Source: a virus
Taxonomy: Duplodnaviria > Caudoviricetes
DNA length: 64,000 nucleotides
Strand: one strand, 5' to 3'
IMG/VR virus record: IMGVR_UViG_3300035698_013326
Location: 84-64,083 of that record
Shown here piece by piece: positions 57,056-64,000 of this stretch. The notes under the pieces were generated by a model, which saw nothing but the letters and a program-made list of their open reading frames with translations, was not told the origin of the DNA and did no database searches. The translations under genes and the position numbers were made by a program. Each line of letters starts with the position of its first letter. Positions within the stretch are counted from its first letter, which is position 1.

Positions 57056-58003
57056 ATGAATTATGAAAGAGTGATCATTGATGTTTTGTCTGAGGCTGAG
57101 ATAGAGTTTTGGACACGAGGCAAGAACGTTAGTGCAGAGACCGTTAATATCAATTGTCCACTCTGTGCTATTGATGGTCCATTGGGACCGGACCCTAGTA
57201 ATCATTGTGGTATCTTCAAGGAGACTTTGAAATTTAGTTGCTGGAGATGTGGTAGGAAGGGAACTTTGGCGTTCCTGTTGGCAATCATAACGCATACCAA
57301 GATTGCATACTGTGAGCAGCTTATTATGGACATGGGTGTAACACTGGAGGATGATCCAGTGGCTCAGGTTCAGCGGATGATTCGTGGTGATGTGGAAGCT
57401 ACGGTGGAGGAGCGGAATGAATTTCAGGGACTGCCTCGTCAGTTCGAGTTGGTGGAGTTTGATACAGATTTTCCTTTGATTGATGATTACCTGGAGTGGA
57501 GAGATCTGTACATTGAGGATTTGGTGGAGCGCGGGTGTGGTATTTGTAGGACTGGGAATTGCATGAATCGTCTGGTCATTCCTGTTGTTCAAGACGGTGA
57601 GGTGGTGGCGTATCAGGCGGCTGATATGACGGGGAATGCACAAATCAAGTACAAGACATCTGACACGGATATGGACTACCTGTATGGGTTGGACGACATC
57701 CAGAAGGGTGGCATGATGATCTTGACGGAGGGCATCTTGGACGCATGGCGTGTGAAGGAAAGCGCTGTGTGTGTCTTCGGTGCCTCACTGACGGACGGCC
57801 AGCAGACGCGGATCATAGATAGTGAGGTGTTGGTATTGGTCTTTGCCTGGGACGGTGATGCTTACTGGAAGGCCAAGGAGGAGGCGAACTACTTTGGGCC
57901 GTTCATTCCAGAGGTGTATGTAATCCAGTTTCCGGACGGAGAAGATCCGGATAGTTTGGGGCATGATGAGGTTTGGAGATTGATCCGAGAGGAGATAGGA
58001 TGA
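57056..58003 (+). CDS. DNA primase (Zn finger + TOPRIM)
   Basis: CPLC...H...CWRCG, RLVIP, KY, TEG.LDA, D.DA, DPD. Confidence 0.92.
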   Translation: MNYERVIIDVLSEAEIEFWTRGKNVSAETVNINCPLCAIDGPLGPDPSNHCGIFKETLKFSCWRCGRKGTLAFLLAIITHTKIAYCEQLIMDMGVTLEDDPVAQVQRMIRGDVEATVEERNEFQGLPRQFELVEFDTDFPLIDDYLEWRDLYIEDLVERGCGICRTGNCMNRLVIPVVQDGEVVAYQAADMTGNAQIKYKTSDTDMDYLYGLDDIQKGGMMILTEGILDAWRVKESAVCVFGASLTDGQQTRIIDSEVLVLVFAWDGDAYWKAKEEANYFGPFIPEVYVIQFPDGEDPDSLGHDEVWRLIREEIG

Positions 58004-58746
58004 GTGTAGAGCAGAATCGAATCATATGTGGAGACTGTTTGGATATTCTTCCAGAGTTGTCGGTGGCAAGGATGGTCTTTGCTGATCCTCCGGACAATCT
58101 TGGGATGATCTATGCAGAGTTCCAAGATAAGTGGCCCACACCTCAGGAATATTACGATTGGTTGTGGAATCGGCTACAGTATTGTTTTGGTTCCTCTGTG
58201 ATTTGGTGGAGTGTGTACCACAAGCATCGTGCAGAGTTGGAGTACATGGTGCGGTCAGCTGATTTCTTTGAAGAAGTAGGGAATCCTACCTATGACTATC
58301 GTTTGCTGTTCTGGAGATTCAAGTTTGGGCAGCATAGGACCACGGACTGTGCAAATGGGTATCGACCATTGATGCGGTACAGTCTTCCAGGAGTGGAATG
58401 GAATACAGACGAGATCCGAATCAAGTCTGATAGGCAACTGAAGTACAAGGACAAGCGGGCGAATCCTTTGGGGAAGGTTCCGGATGATGTGTGGGAAATT
58501 CCCAGAGTTTGTGGAACATTCAAGGAGCGACGTAATTGGATTCCGAATCAGCATCCTGAGGCGTTGATTGAGCGGATGGTACTGATGAGCACCAATCCTG
58601 GAGATTTGGTCGTGGACCTATTTGCGGGCAGTGGCACGGTGCATCGTGTATGCAAGCGGCTGGGCAGGCAGAGCATCAGTATTGAAGTGTCACAGAAGTA
58701 TGTGGACAACATTAGAAGAGAGGATGACGATGAGCGTAGATCGTAA
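58000..58746 (+). CDS. DNA N6-A/N4-C methyltransferase (beta class), DPPD variant
   Basis: GDCL..L, ADPPDN, DVW, QHP..L..R, GD.V.D.FAGSGT. Confidence 0.85.
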   Translation: MSVEQNRIICGDCLDILPELSVARMVFADPPDNLGMIYAEFQDKWPTPQEYYDWLWNRLQYCFGSSVIWWSVYHKHRAELEYMVRSADFFEEVGNPTYDYRLLFWRFKFGQHRTTDCANGYRPLMRYSLPGVEWNTDEIRIKSDRQLKYKDKRANPLGKVPDDVWEIPRVCGTFKERRNWIPNQHPEALIERMVLMSTNPGDLVVDLFAGSGTVHRVCKRLGRQSISIEVSQKYVDNIRREDDDERRS

Positions 58747-59740
58747 GGAGCTGATTCAGTGTCTGACTGCCATGCTTCCGGCGTTGAAGTCTGGTGGCAG
58801 CTTTCACTTTGTGGGTGACAAGGTTCAGGTGTCGTCTGGGGAGATTCAGATTGAGGCCCCTCTTCCTGGCCTACATGATGCACTGCATTGTAGTGTTCCA
58901 GGGAAGCCCCTGATGGATCTGCTGAAGTGCTCCGATGCGGAGCATGTGGAATTGGAGGCTCGCCGGAGTACACTGAAGGTGGTGGCAGGTGGGCTAAAGG
59001 CCAAGCTCAAGATCAGCACAGATTCTATAGCAAGTATTCCTTCAGCTTCTGGAGATCCCATTGAGGTGGGTGATTTGGAAGATCTGATTGCTGGGCTGAA
59101 GGTGTGCAGCATTGGTGTGTCGAAAGATGATATGGACGGCGTTCTATGTGGGGTGTGTGTGGCTGGGAAGTACCTCTATGCATCCGACAAGTTTAGAATC
59201 GTGAGATACGAATTACAGAATGAGGTGGACATGCAGTGCTCCATCCCTGTGTCATTCATCAAGGCTATAGGGAAGCTGGGCAAGCATGGTGGTAAGATCT
59301 ACCACTCCTCTCGTTTGACTTTCGTCGGTGAGGATGGTGCAGTGATCACGTCCAGCTTAGTGAAGGGTGCATATCCAGATCTATCTCATATGTTTCCGAA
59401 GTCCGATCCTGTGAAGATCTCCTTTGGTGAGAAGCCTATCGTTACTTCTCTAGAAAAGCACCGGGTGTATCAGAGTGGGGTGAGTCTTGGGGATCAGGAG
59501 CTGGAGATCTTCATTACTGGCACCACGTGCTCTATCATATCGGAGGGTGGTATTGGTACACTGAAGGAAGAGGTGGAAATTGATTCTGATTTTGGTGACA
59601 AGGAATTGGGATTTTTTGTGAACCCTGCGCTGTTTGAGGGCGTAGAAAAGACATGTACCTCTTTCGATTTCCATAAGGAAGAGGGCACTGTGATGTTCAA
59701 TTCTGGTTCGGCCACATATCTGATTCGCACGAGGGAGTAG
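58730..59740 (+). CDS. DNA polymerase III beta clamp-like protein
   Basis: VPGK.L..L, L.GV......YASD.FR, S.LV.G.YPD; next to polymerase. Confidence 0.8.
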   Translation: MSVDRKELIQCLTAMLPALKSGGSFHFVGDKVQVSSGEIQIEAPLPGLHDALHCSVPGKPLMDLLKCSDAEHVELEARRSTLKVVAGGLKAKLKISTDSIASIPSASGDPIEVGDLEDLIAGLKVCSIGVSKDDMDGVLCGVCVAGKYLYASDKFRIVRYELQNEVDMQCSIPVSFIKAIGKLGKHGGKIYHSSRLTFVGEDGAVITSSLVKGAYPDLSHMFPKSDPVKISFGEKPIVTSLEKHRVYQSGVSLGDQELEIFITGTTCSIISEGGIGTLKEEVEIDSDFGDKELGFFVNPALFEGVEKTCTSFDFHKEEGTVMFNSGSATYLIRTRE

Positions 59741-59743
59741 TCA

Positions 59744-62452
59744 ATGGCACGAAAGCAAAAGGCATTCTTTTTCCCTGAGGATTTCTCAGAAGATTTGAAG
59801 AAGGACCCAGGAAAAGCATTGACTAGAGCGAGACGTGGGGCGGGGAATTCCTTGTCAGGCTCAGCCAAGGTCTATGATTGTTCTACATGTAAACTTCATC
59901 AGTCCTGTAGTTCTCCCAAGATGAAGCGGTTCGGTCATGGGGAGAAGGGTATCCTGATTGTGAGTACAGCTCCAGGCAGGATCGATGACAGGGATGGTAT
60001 CACTTTCGCGGGGAATGATGGGGATCTCCTGCGTTCAGCCCTTAGCCAGCTGGGCATTAGTCTGGACAGGGACTGCGTTCGTACTACAGTGGTAGATTGC
60101 TTTGCTGGGATGAATGGTCCATACAAGGAGAAGGAGCCCACAGAGACTCAGATGAAGGCTTGTCGGGCTAGGCTACTGGAGGACATCCGGGTAGTTAACC
60201 CTCAGCTGATCATCTGTTTGGGGACACCAGCGGTGAAGTCTGTTCTGAGGCCGAAGTACCTGAAGAAGGTGAAATTCAATACACAGCTGATGCATGGGCA
60301 GGTGCTTCCATATCATGAGTATGGATGTTGGGTGGGGGCGGCACACAAGACCGGTTTTTACAAGGCACGAGAGAAGGATAAGTTCAGTCCTGATGATAAG
60401 AATTTGTTCCTGTATGACTTAGCAAGATGTGTGTCGAAGCTGGGGAAGAAATTGCCTCAGCCTTTAGATAGAGAAGGCTGTGAGCTGATTACAGATCCGG
60501 ATGAGGCTATCGCATACATGGAGACGCTGGGGAACAATGGGAATCCCTTCGCCTATGATTTTGAGACGAATGGTTTTCATGCCCATATGCCTGGCGCAGA
60601 CATTTATTGTGCGTCCTTTGCTGATAGCTCAAAGCATGGGGTGATGATACCATTGTCTATGAGGGATGACGATAAGAATCCATATTTCAATACGGTGGAG
60701 CTGTCCTATGTGTGTGACACTTTTAGTAAGCTAATGAAGAGTGATGTTCCGAAGGTGGTTCAGAATTTGAACATGGAAGATTCGTGGACACGTCAGTTCT
60801 TTGGTACTCCGACGGTGCATTGTATTCATGACACGATGATTGGTGCTCATGTCATGTATTGCAATAGCAAATCCAGCAGCTTGGGCTTTCAAGCATTCCA
60901 GATGCGTGGTGATGACTACAAAGAGGTCATTGATGTTGCGAATTTCGAGGATGCGCCGGTAGAGCAGCAGGTGATCTATAGTGTGCTGGATTCTCGATAC
61001 ACTTACATGGCATACAAGAGGCAGATGAGATTCTTTGAACGATATCCATCTGTGGGCCAATTCTTCTACAATCTGATGATGCCTGGGGCCAGGGCGTTGG
61101 CAACCTATAAGCGTCGTGGGGTGAAGATTAATGTGGAAGAGCTGACATTATTTGAGGAGAAGTATAAGGTAGAGCAGGACAAGTGTCTGTCTGCGGTGTA
61201 TGCTGATCCCAAGGTCAAGGCATACGAGATGGCTGAGGAGAAGACATTCAATGTGGACTCTCCAGCTCAGGTTGGGAAGGTGATCTATGAGGGGTATGAG
61301 ATCCGGCCTCCTAAGTTGACCAAAGGAAAGAAGCCTAGCACAGATGAGGCCACTTTGGTGGCGATTCATGCGGGCACTAAGAATGCTTCTGTGCGAAGAC
61401 TGTTGTCGAATGTGCTCCGGTTCCGTAAGACGTGTTCAGCATTGGAGAGGGTGGAGGGCTATCGTAGGGTTATGGGCGCAGATGGGTATGTGCATCCGAA
61501 TTACAATCTGAACAGGGCAGCAACCTACAGATCCTCTGCATCTGATACAAACGTTCAGAATGTGTTCAAGCATGATGAAGAGTTGAAGAAGTTCCGGAAG
61601 TGTATTGAACCGTCTGAGGGTCGTGTGTTCTTAGAGGGTGACCAAGGGTCTCTTGAAGTTCGGATTATTGCCATGGCTTCCAATGATGCAGAGTTGATTC
61701 GTCAGCTCAAGGAAGATGTGGATATGCACAGTAAATGGGCCTCCCGTCTATTCGAGAGGACTATTGGTAAGAGAGACCCAGAGAGATTTACAGCAAAGAA
61801 TCTGTTTGTGTTTGCATCATTCTTTGGGGCAACTGCGGAATCCATTGCCAAGAATATGACGATGATTTGCAAGGAACATGTATTCAAGGTGTATGCTGAA
61901 TTCTGGGAAGAGTTTGCAGGTGTGCGGGCATGGCAGTTGGCGAACCGAGAGCATTATCTATTGAATGGGTATCTTGAGGGTGCTTCGGGATTCCGTAGTC
62001 ATGGCCCTTTGAGTTACAATCAGCTCGTGAATTATCCGATCCAGGGTCCTGCGTTTCATCTGGTGTTGAATGGTATCATTCATATTGAGGAGGATCTAGT
62101 TGCGAAGCGATTCGTGGAAGAGCAGATTAGATCCCTGCCCATCATTGAGGTACATGACAGTGTGACATTTGATGCGGTGCCCACTGAAATCATTCGGATA
62201 GTTCCGATGGTTGATGATATCATGACGGGCCATTATTTTGAGTGGCAGAGGGACGTTCCGTTGACATTTGAGTGGGAGGTGGGTCGGAACTGGTATGACA
62301 TGTATACTCTGGCTATCCGAGGTTGTGGTCAGTGTGATCATAGTACAGCGCAGTCTGATCAAAAGGTGGAAGAGGGTGACAAGGAGTTTCATGTGTATGA
62401 TTGTATGGAGTGTGGTTCAATAGAAAAGGTGGAAATTCTTAGCACACATTGA
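59744..62452 (+). CDS. Family A DNA polymerase with N-terminal uracil-DNA-glycosylase (family 4)-like domain
   Basis: C..C.L...C, APG..DD..G..F.G..G.LL; exonuclease DFET, DTM; STDE..L, T.R.S.S..N.QN, LE.RI.A, NYPIQG, VHDS. Confidence 0.92.
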   Translation: MARKQKAFFFPEDFSEDLKKDPGKALTRARRGAGNSLSGSAKVYDCSTCKLHQSCSSPKMKRFGHGEKGILIVSTAPGRIDDRDGITFAGNDGDLLRSALSQLGISLDRDCVRTTVVDCFAGMNGPYKEKEPTETQMKACRARLLEDIRVVNPQLIICLGTPAVKSVLRPKYLKKVKFNTQLMHGQVLPYHEYGCWVGAAHKTGFYKAREKDKFSPDDKNLFLYDLARCVSKLGKKLPQPLDREGCELITDPDEAIAYMETLGNNGNPFAYDFETNGFHAHMPGADIYCASFADSSKHGVMIPLSMRDDDKNPYFNTVELSYVCDTFSKLMKSDVPKVVQNLNMEDSWTRQFFGTPTVHCIHDTMIGAHVMYCNSKSSSLGFQAFQMRGDDYKEVIDVANFEDAPVEQQVIYSVLDSRYTYMAYKRQMRFFERYPSVGQFFYNLMMPGARALATYKRRGVKINVEELTLFEEKYKVEQDKCLSAVYADPKVKAYEMAEEKTFNVDSPAQVGKVIYEGYEIRPPKLTKGKKPSTDEATLVAIHAGTKNASVRRLLSNVLRFRKTCSALERVEGYRRVMGADGYVHPNYNLNRAATYRSSASDTNVQNVFKHDEELKKFRKCIEPSEGRVFLEGDQGSLEVRIIAMASNDAELIRQLKEDVDMHSKWASRLFERTIGKRDPERFTAKNLFVFASFFGATAESIAKNMTMICKEHVFKVYAEFWEEFAGVRAWQLANREHYLLNGYLEGASGFRSHGPLSYNQLVNYPIQGPAFHLVLNGIIHIEEDLVAKRFVEEQIRSLPIIEVHDSVTFDAVPTEIIRIVPMVDDIMTGHYFEWQRDVPLTFEWEVGRNWYDMYTLAIRGCGQCDHSTAQSDQKVEEGDKEFHVYDCMECGSIEKVEILSTH

Positions 62453-62505
62453 GGCCGAATGTAGTATAGTGAGTGTGGGAGAATTGATAATTTTGGAGGA
62501 TTGGA

Positions 62506-63516
62506 ATGTCAGAGTTGAACTTGCTTACGAGAGAACAGTTGGTAGCAACATTGGAGCCAACGGAGGGATTGACACACAGAGATGTGGAGCTTGGTCCGAC
62601 AGGTCCTGTGAAGTTTGAGGAGATCTTGGAGGGACAACCGGCGCGTGTTCAGATCAACGGTGAGGTGTACCAGCTGACAGATGATGGACTGCATCAGGCA
62701 GCTACGTGTGTTGGTATTCCCGCTTCTTACACCCGCAAGTGTCCGTACTACATGATTCGGGAGCACTTGAATTTTTGGTGTGAGGTTCCGGGCCAGAAGA
62801 TGCGATTCTTTCTTCGGGATGGCAAGGTAGTGGGAGCCTACAAGAACCATCCGGATTATCATTCCAATCTCATGCTGCATGACAATATTATTGCAGGGAT
62901 TAGTGAGACCCAGGTGTTGGGCTATCATCAGGTGAGTACGGACTTGGATTACTCAAGGTTCTGTGTGGTACTTGACAAGACATTTGAACCAAGGACGGGG
63001 GATACATTGTACGGTGGAATTTCAGTGCAGAACAGTATCTTTGGATCAAAGGCATTGGAGGTTACGCCATACATTTTTCGTCAGTGGTGTTCAAATGGGG
63101 CTATCACATCGGAGAGTTTGAGTAAGTGGTCTCGCAGAAGTAACAACAATGATGACATTGCTCTGTGGGCGCAGTCGGCAGCAGATCGAAGTGTCAGGGA
63201 GTTGGATTGTGAGTTCAATCGGATTAAAGAGATTGTGGATGTCGGTGTGGTGGGGCAGATTGATTGCACACTGAAGAGCATTTTTCGGAAGTTTGGGATT
63301 CCGACTCGGACTCAGGGCATCATCCGAGATGAGGTGGCAAAGCAGAATGATGGCATGGGAGCCCAGAACATGTATGATATCTATAATGCTATCACAGTGG
63401 TGGGTACTCACCATCAGGCATTGTCCAATGCCTCTGCTCGTGATCTTCAGATGGTTGCTGGGGATATCACTAAGGACTATGCACTGTGTGATAAGTGTCA
63501 TCAGGTGATTTTGTAG
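62506..63516 (+). CDS. DUF932-like protein (second, divergent)
   Basis: GISVQNS..G...L...YIFR..CSNGA, YD.YNA.T. Confidence 0.7.
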   Translation: MSELNLLTREQLVATLEPTEGLTHRDVELGPTGPVKFEEILEGQPARVQINGEVYQLTDDGLHQAATCVGIPASYTRKCPYYMIREHLNFWCEVPGQKMRFFLRDGKVVGAYKNHPDYHSNLMLHDNIIAGISETQVLGYHQVSTDLDYSRFCVVLDKTFEPRTGDTLYGGISVQNSIFGSKALEVTPYIFRQWCSNGAITSESLSKWSRRSNNNDDIALWAQSAADRSVRELDCEFNRIKEIVDVGVVGQIDCTLKSIFRKFGIPTRTQGIIRDEVAKQNDGMGAQNMYDIYNAITVVGTHHQALSNASARDLQMVAGDITKDYALCDKCHQVIL

Positions 63517-63528
63517 TGGAGAGTGACA

Positions 63529-64000
63529 ATGTTGTATCAAAAAGTTAGACCATCCTCCCTGGAAGACGTAGTGGGCAATGAGGTGACAATCGGTGCCCTG
63601 AGTCGGACGCTTAAGGGCACGGTGCGTCCCCATGTGTATCTGCTTCATGGGCCATTCGGATGTGGGAAGACGACGTTGGCTATGATCATGGCAGCTACGT
63701 TTGGTTCTACGGAGAGCAGCACGTTTTTGTATAATGCAGCGAATACACGTGGCATTGATACTGTGAGGGAGGTTATGCACAACTCTAAGATGACTGCTGT
63801 GGATGGTGCTCCTAAGACGTTCATCTTTGATGAGAGCCATCAGTTGACTCCAGCTGCACAGGAGGCATTGTTAGATCCAACGGATCGGCCACCGGATGAT
63901 GTGTACTACATCTTTTGTACGACATCACCGAAGAATCTGATCAAGGGTATTCGGAATAGATGCACGGATTATCTAGTGCAGAGGTTGACGTTCGAGGAGA
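63529..64000 (+). CDS. Clamp loader AAA+ (DnaX gamma/tau-like), 3' truncated
   Basis: MLYQKVRP.SLEDVVGN, GPFGCGKTT, NAANTRGID, DESH.LT..AQ.ALL, RC. Confidence 0.92.
   Translation, partial: MLYQKVRPSSLEDVVGNEVTIGALSRTLKGTVRPHVYLLHGPFGCGKTTLAMIMAATFGSTESSTFLYNAANTRGIDTVREVMHNSKMTAVDGAPKTFIFDESHQLTPAAQEALLDPTDRPPDDVYYIFCTTSPKNLIKGIRNRCTDYLVQRLTFEE

Noticed and set aside
56684-57643. 319-aa minus-strand ORF (and similar ones at 38766, 43278, 51354, 63091)
   Set aside because: Antisense to well-supported genes; His/Thr/Ile-rich composition reflects the strand bias
1-64000. Stop-codon reassignment or suppressor tRNAs
   Set aside because: Long genes are intact in the standard code, TAG/TGA/TAA all end genes, and the TAG/TAA anticodons read as Leu in the normal register
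1-64000. CRISPR array, diversity-generating retroelement or integrase
   Set aside because: No spaced repeats, reverse transcriptase, template/variable repeat pair or recombinase motif seen

Overview
This window is part of a large tailed-phage (myovirus-like) genome read in the standard genetic code. 1-18.9 kb: contractile tail module (sheath, tube, chaperone/hub, tape measure, baseplate, spike, PAAR, fibres and a LamG-Kelch-Ig adhesin). 18.9-26.7 kb: an unusually large co-oriented block of 10 glycosyltransferase, Maf-like and methyltransferase genes. 28.7-33.5 kb: a minus-strand, promoter-rich 'early' island with a PEP-CTERM-like protein, DUF932, a sigma-70-like protein and a Spo11/TOPRIM-like protein. 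33.8-39.4 kb: an array of about 21 tRNA genes, several non-canonical, interleaved with anticodon-less tRNA mimics and other self-enclosed structured RNAs. 38-56 kb: DNA ligase, a queuosine-salvage (DUF2419-like) enzyme, a cyclic-phosphate-processing receiver protein, RtcB, an SPFH lipoprotein, a second RNA ligase and many small hypothetical genes. 47-64 kb: replication genes (HTH initiator, DnaB-like and SNF2 helicases, primase, DNA methylase, beta clamp, UDG-fused PolA, clamp loader). The best candidates for novel biology are the tRNA-mimic/ncRNA set together with tRNA repair and queuosine salvage, the putative virion-glycosylation cassette, and the phage PEP-CTERM protein. All family calls come from motif recognition by eye; no database search was run.
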